Origin: Gracilinanus agilis
Lineage: Eukaryota
Length of the DNA stretch: 64,000 bases
Assembly: GCF_016433145.1 (NCBI RefSeq)
Contig: NC_058134.1
Location: forward strand, 186,181,550 to 186,245,549
Reading direction: 5' to 3'
A program made the translations under genes and the position numbers. The first letter of the stretch is position 1. The number at the start of each line of letters is the position of its first letter. Shown here in pieces: positions 1 to 13,010 of this stretch. The notes under the pieces are model-generated. The model was not told the origin of the DNA, did no database searches, and was given only the letters and a program-made list of their open reading frames with translations.

Positions 1-554
1 TCTTTTTTTTGTTTGTTCTAAAAGCTTTCAGGTTCAGGGTAGATTTGGAATTCCCATTCAATTAAATCTTCATTTATTTCTTCCCATTAACCTACTTCTT
101 ATTAACCTACTTTTAACAACTGTTACATATACCTACCCTGGGTGTTGTGTGCATTTGTTCTATACCTTCCATTAGATTATAAGCTCCTTTATAGGTATGA
201 AATACATCTTACTCAGCTTTGTATCCCCTTCATAGTTCCTATCTGTCATTACACAATTTTAAACTATGTCAACAAGATTTGAAAGCTATCACAATGAAAG
301 TTTATTTATGGTTTCTATTTCAACATTCTCCATACAAGTTCTGTTTTCATGTCTTTTTTTCCTCTTATCTGCTAAGCAGAGAATTACAAACTGAATGAGA
401 ATGATTATTCCAAAAGACTTTTCCAAAGTTATATTTGAATAAATATACTTCTTAATCTGGATTATATTTTTATTATATATTATTATATTTAGTGATTTTA
501 TATATCAAGAATAAAAAAGTCTGAAGTATCAACAAAATCTAGTTAGAACCTAGC

Positions 555-587
555 TTTATTGTTACAACCAGTTTTAATTTATTTACA
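555..587 (-). terminator. Candidate distal polyadenylation signals (AATAAA at 583..578 and 560..555)
   Basis: Two TTTATT on the + strand, followed downstream on the - strand by U-rich sequence (about 505-540). Confidence 0.5.
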
Positions 588-3500
588 GAATATAAATCTC
601 TTCAAAAAGATACTTTCCTTCATTTAATCAATGGTAAAAGGACTTACACAACAAAAACAAAGCTTAAACATCACTTTTTAAAAAGAAATACAATCAACTC
701 CAATAATAGCTTATGAACATATAGCCAAAACATATGAGGTTAACATCTTAGTTGTCTTCACTAGCAACCCAACTGTATCCACAGAATACATTGACAAATT
801 AACAGTAGTAAAAGTAGGGAATTTAAAATTTAAACTTAAAATGAAATAAAACCAGGAAGTATCTTCAATTCCAAACAGATTAACAGATTCTCAGACACAC
901 ACCACATTTCTGAGGCATATCAAAACATCTACACTTCAAGTTGAACTCATTTGAGAGGTATCAATACATTTTCAGTGCTGAGACTATGTGTAGCACTTAC
1001 AGTATATACAAAAGCAGCATCACACTACTACATTTCACATTTGATAAATACAATTTAAGCCTTATGCCACAATTCCCAAATCTAACAAACACAGCTAATA
1101 CAATGACTTTGAATCACTCAAATTGTTTTTTCCATCTGATTCTAAGGAAGTTGTCATTTAAGCTCCTGAAGCAATAACTTATCTTCTTCCACTTAATGTA
1201 TATTTTAAATTTAAACAATACTTAAGACATTGTGGAAAGTGACTTTGATGTACAAAGGCTTTTGAAATTCAGCACAAAAAGAAAATTTTATTTGGGTTTT
1301 GTTAATTTAGTCTTCCTAGAATTCATAATACCAAAACTCTAAGAAACAACTCATTTAGAAAAACTGCTTTAGACGATCAGAGAATATAATTTCCTGTGTG
1401 GCACCACATTAATCACATATATAGTAGTACACAACAGGCAGGTGCATTTTGTTTTTCCATTCCAGGGGTCTTTTCCAGATTACAGAGGTGAGTTCATGAC
1501 ATATATACAATGAGGTTTCACTATCATGGGAAATCCCCTCTCTCAGGCCCCCCCAACTTCCCTATCTTCTAAAATAGTTTTTGCCTTATAATTTCACAAT
1601 CATCGGCCAGTAAAGAGTTCAATGTCAAAAGAAGAAAAATAATTAGAGTATGGGATATCTCCTACTTCCCAATGTTGGAATTACTCAATATTGTAAAATG
1701 GAACTATCACCACCACAGTTAAATTTTTAACAATGAAAATAGTGCAAGTTCATGGATAATTTTTTTTTAAGTTTTTGGTTAAATAAAAATTTTTTAATTA
1801 GAACTAAAAGGTTCATGTGTAGAAAGAACACGTGTTTTTTCATAATCTACTCTACAGCCTATCATATATTTCTAATATGAGGAAAAGGTAAAAGTAGACC
1901 AGTGTATAAACTAACAAATATGTTAAGTTTATACAAGTTCATTTTCTACCTGCAGTTCCATCATTTTTCTTTTAAAGAATTCTAAAGAGTCAAGTAGTAG
2001 TTACCTTTAAAAAGATCAATGAAAATTTTCTTAACTAGTAGAAACATCAGGGTTGTTTTGTCCTCTGTTTAATACATCTTATTGGTTTTGCTTTCAAGTA
2101 TTAAGTAGAAAAAATATTTTTAAAGTTTTACCATATTGAGTGTCAATTAAACATGATGGAATAAAATACTTTCATAACAGCTCTGCTACCCTGACTCTAT
2201 TTGCAAACCAATGGTGATGGAAATCAAATAACCTTCTTTGACAGCAACAAATTTGAGCCTCTAGGCATACTGGAAAAATCTCGTATTTCTGAAAGTAGAT
2301 ATTATAGTTGTCTACACACATAAGTTACATGATATATGCAACACATATATATGCATTTATATATATATGTATATTCTAATCTTGTGGGAAGTCGTTTTTA
2401 AAACAACTAATCATATATACTATGAAATGGTTGACCGAACCCTACTCTAATTTCTTAATAACGTGTCAATTGCCTTATAATGTGGCATAGGCTTCCATAT
2501 AGTCAAATGACATTACAATAGTTTATATAATTATGAGATAAAATGAAAAACAAATGAGAAATACAGTACATAATTCCCACAAATCAACTTTCAAAAGAAG
2601 ATGCAGCTACTTTAATAATTGTTTGCTTATAACTACTCTTGGTTCCTTGAAGAACAATCATTGGGATTTCCTTTTAGTTTAAGCAATCCAAGTTAATGCC
2701 AACACCACCCTTCTGACATTTTCCAAAAAAGTACTGAAATCAGTCAGTTTTTCCACCATAAGTTTGGGAAATAGTTAATAACAACTATCAGATTTAAATG
2801 CTGATCAAAGGCAGTTTTGAAATAGAAATTAAATAGAAATTAAAACTATTAAATGGTATTTTGTACAAGCCAGTAATCTACAAGAAGTTACAAAAGGACT
2901 GAGAATGAATGAAAGGGATAAGATAAAACCATGTAAAAATTTAAATGGAATGGTTTCTAACTGTTTTTACCCGACACCCTAAAAAGAATAATTTGTCTTC
3001 AGGAAATACTTTAAATGTTTTATTCAGAAAACTGGAACAATATTTTATTCTCTTCTATCATCCCAGAACTGTACTTATGAAGTCAAGATATAGGTGGTCT
3101 ATATTTGTGGGGATGTAATTTTCCTTAATGAGATATGAATTCAGGTTCCTCTTGGTGTAGAAGAACTAAATCCCCCTAAAACAGAGAAGTTTTCAATCAT
3201 TTGTTTAGTCTTTTTAACTCAGAATACTGTATAATTAAAACTAAAAAAATGCAACTAATGAATTAACTCACTGTCTCCAGGAATTTTTATAAGTGCTAAC
3301 TCAAAAAGTTAATACAAGCTATAAATTAAGTACTGAGGAATTAAATAAATAAGTACTGCCTTCAATGTAACAGCATGTTATATTTTTTCATATGTTCCAT
3401 ATCTCTTATCTTTCCATTGTACAGACAGGGCTATAAAATATGCCAGATTAACAAACAGCAGCAAAAAGGATGTGAAGAAATAAAGAGCTTGATCATTTAC

Positions 3501-6372
3501 AGAGAAATTTCTACAGAAGTAAAGACCCAAGGCAATGCACAAGCTCATAAATGGAAGATACAATTCACACTAATTTACACATTTATTTACACTGCTTTAT
3601 ATACATGGTCAGACCTGGTTAATTAATTTTATTTTCCAATTAAACTTAAGCAAGGACACTAAAAGTATGTGACATTGACACACCTTTTAGATTTCCAGAG
3701 ATAGGTGGTAAAGAATAAGAAAAAAATTAAACATGATTAACCAGGTCTGATTTTACAAGTGTTGACAGAAGAAAATAATTTACTCAATGCTGCTTTTGAA
3801 AGCGCCCAGGCCACTATGGTCAACTGACTAACATTGTACATACAAGAATGTCATTTATAGCCATCTTCATATTTCAATACCAGGTTTACTAAAAGTTATT
3901 ATGTATGACATTCAAGGCAACAGAACGGCTTCTTAGCAAGTCACAAAGAAAATATTTTATAAGTGTTTCTAGAGCTCTGAGATTTTTCTTCCATTTGTAA
4001 TTCCTTAAATGGTTATTGTGAAGGAAGAGAAATTTAATTTTTCTAAAAGAGTAAGCCCTGTCTGCACTATGATCCCATAAACCTGTGGAGTAAAACAATC
4101 GGAAATAATTCTCCCAATTCCTCCTCCTTCTTATAGATATAAAGCAAGACTACCCATACCCACTCTGGGTCCATTATCCAAATCCATAATGAGGTGTGAG
4201 TTAGGCATATCTTTGTGGCAGAAGTGATTGTCCCCCCCCCCCAACTCATTATTCCAATATTAATCCCTAAGAAATGACTAGAACAGAGAAGTAGCTGGCA
4301 GCTGAGGCTGTTCACTGGCAGTGGCTAAGTGAGAAGAGTCAAACCTACAATTACCAGCTTGAGAAGACAATTTGAGAAAAAGAGAAAGGGTTGGCCCCCC
4401 CCCCCCAATTCTCAAGGATCTGAAGGATACAAATTGCTACTCATTAGATAGCCAGAAAGCAAAAAATCAAAGTGTTTTGTATTTTCTCCATAGCACTGGT
4501 CAAATATTCTTTATATAGATGAAAAACCCACCAAAAATTTCACAAGCTTAAATATCTCTATCAGAATAGAAAAAAGCATTTTTCTATTTTCGTAGGTATT
4601 TAATTGAATCAAATAAACAAAATCTATCAATTCTACTATTTCACAGGTTTAAAATAAAACCAAAATGACTAAATGCAATAAGATTGAAGGGGATATAGAA
4701 AAGTGAATCTTGGTCTAATACTGTTATGAAAACAAATTCTTCTTGAGAAGAGATTTACTTAATGAATTTTAAAACTTGAAATGACCTTTAAGGTGTTCTA
4801 CAAATAGCTTTCAAGAATCTTGAAAAATGCTTGTCTGAAAATTAACATTCTTATAAGAGGTGGGGGGAAGTGGGGGTGGTATAGGTGTATGTGTGTTTCG
4901 CTGCAATATTTACTTATAGGATAAGCTTATTGTTTGCACATTCTGAATTTGCAGACATATTATGTCAACTTTATATGAGCACTTATGTGACCAATGTGCA
5001 AAGCTTGTCAGGATAACTTTAAAAAGTTGACTATTAAACTACACACAGAAACTCCTGGAAGTCCCTTTTTCCCTTCCCTAGGATCGCCTGTACCCGTCCC
5101 CCCCCCCCCCCACAATTTTTCTAAAATAAAAAGTTCTAAAAGACCAACACATCTTTTCTTATTTTCTTAATTCACATTTTGGAATTCAAAGATTTCTCGG
5201 CATAACAGCTCAAGTGTACAATGATCAAATCCTCAAACTTATCTCTAAAATATTTAATTCTTCACAGCTTTCATATATCACTTTGAGCTTTATAGACATT
5301 CATCAAATAATAGCCATTTGTTATAAGTCTGTATAATTTTCTGATTTTTTTCCCCTAGTACTACTGAATCAAAGTGCTAAAGACATGAAACCAAGTTAGG
5401 AGGATTGAGGCTAAGTTATTAAATGTTCCCTTTTCTTTTCTTCCTGGGTGGGGAGGGTTGGGTCAGGGAAAAAGGGGACAAGGAATTATTTGTTGACTCC
5501 CCTATTTGCAAATGGAGGATTAGAATTTTTTTAAAGATCATAATGCTACTATTCAGTATATAGAATTATACATAATTTAGAAATAATTTTATGTAACAAT
5601 TTTTAAAAATTGGGAATAGTGAAAAATATTCACATTTTAGATAAGAAAACATCTCTCTTAAAGATTTTGCTAAGATTCAGTCAAGTAGATCTATTTCAAG
5701 ATTAAAAGGGGAACTGAAATTTCGAATCCCACACTGTTTAGCAAATGGAGAATTAAAAAAAATATATTCCCAGGAGTATGAATTCATTCCAATATTCCAC
5801 TCAGAAAATGTACCATGACGTGAAAGGTTTTACCTCCTAGCCCAAAAGTAAAGTTCTAAAATTTATTATACCTGTTCCTGGCATTTCAAGAATAAATGAC
5901 TCATCTTCACATACAGTACAAGATTAAAGTATTTATAATGAATACCCCAAAACATTTACCTAAATTAATCTAACATGAAAAAAAAATGTTTAAAAAAAGA
6001 TAAACAATTTCATTGCTTATATTCAATTCTTATACAGAAACTGATGAAAGCAGCAATGGAATCACATTAAATCTATAAATAAATAATTCACATATAACAT
6101 AGATTAAGTGATCAAAGAAAGGGTTAAATTGTCATCTCTACAGACCTTTGCAGATTTAACAAATTTCTAATCCATCTCATACTGACAGTAGGTACATTTC
6201 TGAATTAGGTTTAATATTTAAAGATAAGTTGGCTGTTTAGAGGCATCATTTATAAAGCAAGATAACCAAATGAAATTACAGAATTTTAACAAATATTAGC
6301 TGTTCAATATCTGTTTTCAAAAATGGATCACAAGGATTGCTTAGCCACTTGAGGTTATCTAAATAGCCTTCT
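555..6372 (-). other. ETNK1: Probable long 3' UTR of ETNK1 (~5.8 kb)
   Basis: Continuous AT-rich non-repeat sequence after the stop codon, ending at AATAAA hexamers. Human ETNK1 has a multi-kb 3' UTR as I recall. The end point is inferred. Confidence 0.6.
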
Positions 6373-6445
6373 TTACTCAGGTAATTTTAATGCAGTGACC
6401 TCTGGCTTCATTTTGAAATACTGCTTAAAACGAACAATTGCATAC
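6373..6445 (-). CDS. ETNK1: ETNK1 coding exon 8 (G-YAIVRFKQYFKMKPEVTALKLPE*)
   Basis: Acceptor ACTAG|G, 73 nt to TAA at 6375..6373. The exon lengths sum to 1092 nt (363 aa plus stop). Confidence 0.97.
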
Positions 6446-6767
6446 CTAGTGAGAAAAGAGAATTATAGCAAAATTAATTACAGCTGTAAACATATAAAAT
6501 ATTTTATTTCAAGAATCTGAAATCTATGCAGAATTTATTTTTAAAAATTTAAGACAATAAAAGATGTTTAAGTTTGTTGTGCCATCTACTGGATTAAAAA
6601 AAAAACACACCTCATGCTTAGGAAAGACACTCAAGGTTTCTTCACAATCTGAAAACTGTGTCATCTTTACAATTTCAAGAAAGGGAATACATATGCTTCA
6701 CATCAGTTCTAAGTGTTAAACCATGGCAATTGTAAACAAAAATATGTTTAAGTAAATAAAAACTTAC

Positions 6768-6841
6768 CCAAGGAAATCAAAATCAATGGTGGAATATTTG
6801 GCTTGAATTAAAGCCCACAATCCCCAAAAGAAATGAGAAGC
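6768..6841 (-). CDS. ETNK1: ETNK1 coding exon 7 (ASHFFWGLWALIQAKYSTIDFDFL-G)
   Basis: Acceptor CTTAG|GCT, donor GG|GTAAGT, 74 nt. Family motif HFFWGLWAL. Confidence 0.98.
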
Positions 6842-7057
6842 CTAAGGAAAAGAATAACGTCATGAAATTCAACATAACACTTAAGAAACAAGCAAAAAAT
6901 GCTAACTTTTACACTGTGGCTGTGTAGTCTAGTCTATCTATATAAATTGCTTATTTTTAAGCACCTATATCATCATCTGTATAGCCATATCTCACGGGTT
7001 TTTTTTCATCTTAGCTCTGTGAAAGGTAGATGAAAAGCCCCTAAAGATTAAGGACTA

Positions 7058-7254
7058 GGGGCAGCTGGGTAGCTCAGTGGATTGAGAGCCAGGCCTAGAG
7101 ACAGGGGGTCCTAGGTTCAAATCTGGCCTCAGACACTTCCCAGCTGTGTGACCCTGGGCAAGTCACTTGACCTATTGCCTACCCTTACCACTCTTCTGCC
7201 TTGGAGCCAATACACAGAATTGACTTCAAGACGGAAGGTAAGGGTTTAAAAAAA
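7058..7254 (+). mobile_element. Full-length tRNA-headed SINE (SINE1_Mdo-like)
   Basis: Pol III A box (GGTAGCTCAGTGG) and B box (GGTTCAAATCT), A tail, perfect 15-bp TSD AAAGATTAAGGACTA at 7043..7057 and 7255..7269. Confidence 0.93.
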
Positions 7255-8099
7255 AAAGATTAAGGACTATTTCTTTTGATGAGCATAGGCAATTATGGAA
7301 CCATCTTTATGGTGGCAGGGATGAGGAACAAAAAAGTGGCTGAGTATAACTTGGAAAAGTTCTGGACTAGGTAGCAGAAAATGAGTTTGAATTCCAGCTC
7401 TATCACTTGCTCCCTGTGCAATCTTATAGAAGTCACTGAGGCTCAGTTTTCTCCTGGAAGGTGAGGAGTATTGAATTACTTAACCTCTGAAATTCCAACT
7501 AGTCCCGAATTTATGATTCTAAATCTTGCTTGTTCAGGAAATCTCATCAGACTTATTCAACTTGGCCTCAGAGGGCAAAAGTAGGAGAAATGAACGAGTA
7601 AAACAGCAGTGGGGCAAATTCCAGCTCCATAGAAGGTGACATTCTTAACAATCAGTTATCCTAAAGTGAAATGCTCAGAAAGTAGTGTAACTGGAAATCA
7701 TCACTCAAGTCAAAAGGACTACCTGGTCTAGAATGCTATCACTGAAAGATTTACTGGTTGCTCTATGACGCCCTTTTCAATGGCTCAAGATTCTGTGACA
7801 ACTCTCAAGGTTACAAGGATCTCTCTCCTTTCCTTCCTCTGAACTTACAACCCTGTCTACATTATACCCACTTCAAGAAACAAGAGCTAGATGCAGTCAA
7901 AAGACCTGGGTACTAGGTATAGCTCTGTTACCAGCTGTGTGAATGAATCATGGACACTAAGTCCATTTCTCTCACATTATTCAGTTTCCTCATTGGTAAA
8001 ACAAAAGGAATACTTTCCCTACCCTACCCCATTAGTGTGAGGAAGGCATTCTAGAAGAGTAGCTCTCATGTGTGCGCATGCACAGGCTCTTCCTTGGCA

Positions 8100-9010
8100 C
8101 ATTTTCTACTATATCCCCAAAATGTATCTTCTGAAACTTCTTTTGTCAAGCCACCTGCACCATTGACCCTCCTCCTCAGCCAAGAACCATGAATCATATT
8201 TCACTGTAAAAAAAGTGAGGATTCATATCTCAAGATCCCTCTTGCCAATTCTACACATAAAAAAATCTTAGTACTCCTTCTCCATTCTCTCCTTTGTCCT
8301 TCACTTTGTCCATGCTTTTTCCTCTACTATGTACACAAACACGTCTAGTTTTCTCCCATTTGATCTTAATATTTTCTCTATGATATCTTTTTCTCCCTTT
8401 TACAGTCAAACTCCAAGGAAAAACTGTCATTGCCTCTACTTATTCACTTCCCAATCTCTTGAAATGCTTCCAACACTCCCTCCAAACCTAGATTGTTTTC
8501 TCCAAGGTCATCAATCATTTATTTATTGATAAAACTAATAAGTTTCCTCAGTTCTCATCCTCCACCAATTCTCTCTGCACCAACTGACACTGCTGATCTC
8601 TTTTTTCCCTCAGAATTCTGAGGACTCTGTTTTGTCATGTTTTTCTCTCCTCCTCCTTATACAACTGATTGTTTTCCTTCTTAGGCTTTTTGGCCGAATT
8701 AACATCTTTATTTTTAATTTCAGAGCTCAACTCTGAAACTTCTCCTATCTTTCTACATTCCAAGTGATATCATCAGCTCTCATGGGTTCAATTTCCAAAA
8801 AAGATCAAGGATGTAGTGGAGGTTTCTGTTTGTTTTGGGAGTGGTAGTGATAAGTACTTGGATAGGAATGGGTAAACAGGGAGGGCATAAGGTAGAAGAA
8901 TAGACTTTCTTTGGCAACTGCAAAATATAAAGATTAGAGAAGTGAGAAGCTGGAAGAAATGTTAAAGACTGCTCCAGGAGTAGCAAAGCTTGTTGAATTA
9001 CAATTAGAAT
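8100..9010. mobile_element. L2 fragments in both orientations
   Basis: CT-rich L2-like block followed by a GA-rich reverse block. Confidence 0.55.
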
Positions 9011-9059
9011 GTTGATGTTTTAGGTAGAAATAAACCTATGGGTGTGATAACTATCACCA

Positions 9060-9160
9060 TATATATAACTATATAACTATATAACTATATATATAGGTAT
9101 ATATATATATACACACACATATATATATTATATAACACTATATATATATAACTATAACTA
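9060..9160. repeat. Imperfect (TA)n/(TATAAC)n microsatellite
   Basis: Seen directly. Confidence 0.9.
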
Positions 9161-10107
9161 TTTGATTTTAAAATAGTCTGGTATACAAAACTATTTTGTA
9201 GTATTACATATAGTAGCTATATGTAACAAAGATTATATTTAATCTGTTCCCTATAATTTTTAGTTCCATTTTTTCTGATGAAAATAACTTTCATTACTAG
9301 ATTTGTTAAACTAAACTTCGGTTTCATCTCTAAAATGGGGATAACAGTATTTCTATAATCTACTTCACCAAATGGGGAATAAAAGTATTTCTAATATCTG
9401 TTTTACAAAATCTATCACAAGATATAAAAAGAAGCTATCCTGTGACAATTAGTTATTTTGTAATGTATTAAAGTGTTACAAGACAAAGATAGTTTGAATA
9501 TTGTGTACTATAATAATGATAAAAGGGAGGCAGTGAGATATGGTACAAAAAAAAAGCACTGCATAGGGCATCAGGCAATCTGGGTTCTTGTCCAAGCTTT
9601 GCTACTCTTTTCCTCTCTAAATTGACTTCTCAGGATTTTAATTTCCTTGTGAATACATGGAGCTCATACTAGATGATCTCTAATATTTATTCTGTCTCTA
9701 ACATTCTAGTGATTCTAAAGGCAAATCTATCATAACCAATTCCTCATTTGTAAAATGAGAGACTAGATTAAATGATGTCTTTCAACTCAAAATCTATGAT
9801 CATATGAACCAACAGAAAGTCCAAATATAATGTAAAGAGTATTGCTTCTATGAAGAAATTTCAGGCTTCTTAAATTATATTAAAATTTTCATCTTTAAAA
9901 AATTATTTTTAATTTTAATTAATCTTAAAAAGTTAAGATTTAAACAGGAAAAGGGGAAAATCATGGAATTGTTTCCCTTCTTCAATAGCTTGTATACTGA
10001 ATGGGTTCCTTAAGTGACTAACTGATTTATAGCAAGGTAAAATATTTACAATTCTATTCATTGTATCATGAGAAGAATCTTTAGCAATTATTTATACTTA
10101 AACTTAC

Positions 10108-10268
10108 CAATGCAAACTGGTTAACCTGAATAAATAGTATTTCTACTTCCTTTTCTGTAACATCTGTTCCAAATCCTTTATATTCCTTATAGGCTTCAAG
10201 ATAAGACCTCAGCCACTGACCTTGAAGTTCTCTATTTGGATAGAGACTATAGTCTACATCACTTACAC
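10108..10268 (-). CDS. ETNK1: ETNK1 coding exon 6 (G-VSDVDYSLYPNRELQGQWLRSYLEAYKEYKGFGTDVTEKEVEILFIQVNQFAL)
   Basis: Acceptor TTTCAG|GT, donor TTG|GTAAGT, 161 nt, open frame. Confidence 0.98.
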
Positions 10269-10615
10269 CTGAAACAGGAAAGGGAAAATAAGATATAAGT
10301 TAAAAGAAAATTTTATTGTGCCCATCTTAACAGTTCATCCCCATTTCTCAGAAAACAAATAAAAATGTAAAAGCTACCAAATCAAGTATCATTTAATGAA
10401 TGGTAAAATTCCTAGAAAAATTATTTTAGTATTCTCATTTAAACTGTAATAATTTAGACTATTCTTGAATTGCCCTTATAAATTCTCTCTTTATTAAAAT
10501 TCTACGTATCTTTCAAAAGCACCTCTTATACCAGTCTTGTCAAAAATTACCTCTCCCCATCTTTGAATTCATGGTGCTGCTCACCATCTATGTCATTTAT
10601 TTAGAGACTGGTGTA

Positions 10616-10752
10616 NNNNNNNNNNNNNNNNNNNNNNNNNNNNNNNNNNNNNNNNNNNNNNNNNNNNNNNNNNNNNNNNNNNNNNNNNNNNNNNNNNNNN
10701 NNNNNNNNNNNNNNNNNNNNNNNNNNNNNNNNNNNNNNNNNNNNNNNNNNNN
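10616..10752. other. Assembly gap (137 N), intron 5
   Basis: N run. Confidence 1.
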
Positions 10753-11302
10753 GTAACATCTTATGCTATATGTATTAAGTGTAGATGCAGGAAATGTAAA
10801 AAAAAATTGGTGGTAGAAAGGCAAGTGAAAACAGAAACCACCAATAAATTTTGTAGAAGACTGAATTTCTCTCTGGATTATTTCCAAATGATTAACAGTT
10901 TAACAAAAAAAAAAAACAAAAAACCCTGCAAGTCTGAAGCACATCATAAGAGTTAAAATTTAATGCTAACATACTAGTAATGTTAATTATTTTCAAAGCC
11001 ACGACTCGTTTGGGAGAAATTGTTGGCAGGAGATTCTAACCTTTCAAATTTAAAGTCATACTTGTTTCAACATGTTTAAAGTCCTAAAATTTTTAATTAT
11101 GAAAAGAGGAGGTGATGGCAATTTTTTCTTCTTGTATCCAAACCTGAGACAACTAAAATGATCTTATGGCACATACTTAAAGAGATGCTTCAACAATTGT
11201 CCTTTTAGAGAAAGAGGTTACTAATATAAAAGTTATTCTTGTCAATTTAAAAACTGTTACTTAAGTTCTAAAGTCTAGAATCTTAGTGGAAATGAACTAT
11301 AC

Positions 11303-11500
11303 CAGCATTAGCAAATCTTTTAGAGGTTGCATGTCCAAACCGCACCTTCACACTACCTGATAGGAGACAGAGGAAGTGCTCGCTGCTGGGCAGAGCCTGG
11401 AAGGGCATGGGGAAAATGTCCTTAGGTGCTATAGAGAGGGGGAACAGAGCAGCCCTCTCCAGCACACCAGGGCACACAAGCCACATCTTTGCCAACATGG
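11303..11500 (+). mobile_element. hAT (Charlie-like) non-autonomous DNA transposon, family B, degenerate
   Basis: 8-bp TSD AACTATAC at 11295..11302 and 11501..11508. Internal similarity to the 19866 and 42672 copies. Confidence 0.8.
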
Positions 11501-11886
11501 AACTATACTTATAATACTTTCCCGTAACAAGTATGAAATAAACTTTGATTAAAATATGAATTTCCAGTATTTTCTTCAGAGGCTTTACAATAAGGGATTA
11601 TAGTTCTTTGTAATAGCAAATTTAATTAAGTCCTTTAGAAAAAAGGGGCTGTCATATTTTCAACTATTACTATTATAATTACCCAAAACCAAACATACAC
11701 ACACGACTGAAGGAAACTCAAGGGAAAAAAATATTACTTTTAAGTTTAATCTTTAGTTTTGCATTTTATTTTTAATTAAATAAGTCTTGTTTTCTGAGGT
11801 CAGTAAACTATTCCATTAGTCTGTTAGATATTAGTTCTGTTCTGGAAGAATTTGGCTCCAGTTTTAAAAATTAAATTTATTTTTAC

Positions 11887-11970
11887 CTGCAAATTCATTG
11901 AAATGGTTTCCAATATCATATGCCAGGTAGTTGTAGCCAGAATACTCATAATCTATGAATTGAACATCAC
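11887..11970 (-). CDS. ETNK1: ETNK1 coding exon 5 (G-DVQFIDYEYSGYNYLAYDIGNHFNEFA-G)
   Basis: Acceptor CATAG|GT, donor AG|GTAAAA, 84 nt. Contains the choline/ethanolamine kinase motif IDYEY...YDIGNHFNE. Confidence 0.98.
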
Positions 11971-12819
11971 CTATGTGAGACACAAAAACAAAGACATAAG
12001 CTGTCACATATAAGAGGTGCAAACCCCTATGCTACTTGTACCTAAGTATCCTCCAATATTTGTCTCATTGTTTGTGCTCAGTTACATGCAGCTCTGAGAC
12101 AATACCAGGGTAAGGCTGTGAATTTTATGGCACTGAGCTTTATTATTTATCTTTTCTAGTCAACAGCATATTTGTTAATATCAGCATTCATTATGTCAGA
12201 AAACATTAAAATATTAATAGAATTAAATGAAATAGTTCTCTAGGTTTAAACAAAAATAGGAATTATTTTTCACCACATGAGGGCATCAGATACTTCAAAG
12301 AGCAGCTCTATCTAGGAATGGTATCCTTTAAAACTACCAATGACCTATAATTTTAAAAAAGAAAGTAATTTAATCAAACAACTAAAAATAATTTAATGAG
12401 CAAATTAGGTAGTAGAAATCATTTCTGAAGGTAAATAATTTTCTAATTATTCTAAAACTCTTCTGGCTCTGATTACATCCATACATCAAGGACTTCTGAT
12501 TTTAATAGTGTAGGAATTCCTATTATGTAAACCTTGCTGTAGATCACAGCTTATATTATAACTTTTAGTCAAGGGAAGTCCCATGGGGTTCAAAGGTTAT
12601 GTGGGCTACCCATGGTTACACAGTCTCTAAATTTAAGAGGTGGGATGATTTAATTCCCAAATCTTCTTGCCCCCAACACCAGTATTCTATGTAGTATGCC
12701 ATACTACTTTTCAATTAGCTTTAATTGTAGGTTCACATGTAAAATAATTTTTAAACTATTATTCATCTCACCAAGACTGAACTAGTTTATCTAAGAAATC
12801 AACAGATCCTAGATTTAGA

Positions 12820-13010
12820 TCTGTAAAGGACCCTAAAAAGCATCTAGTGCAACTCCCTCATTCATTTTTCATATAAGGAAACTGAGGGCCAAAGAGGTTA
12901 AGTGACTTGGCCCAAGTCACAGAGGAGGTACAAAGCAGAGCAGGGACTGGAACTCATCAGTTCCTATGACTCCAAATTCAGTGCTCTTTCCACTGTACCA
13001 CAATAACTTC
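12820..13010 (-). mobile_element. MIR CORE-SINE
   Basis: GAGGAAACTGAGG...AGGTTAAGTGACTTG core. Further MIR remnants at about 7340-7520, 7880-8060, 9300-9720, 14060-14420, 17700-17990, 18570-18700, 20500-20700, 25650-25980, 37480-37590, 46620-46770, 51690-51850 and 58470-58730. Confidence 0.75.

Noticed and set aside
1466-1487. 22-nt exon-like unit on the + strand (TTCCAG|...GAG|GTGAGT)
   Set aside because: An isolated motif antisense to the 3' UTR. Such matches are common and nothing else supports it.
12902-12920. GTGACTTGG-C-CCAAGTCAC hairpin
   Set aside because: Derives from the naturally quasi-palindromic MIR core.
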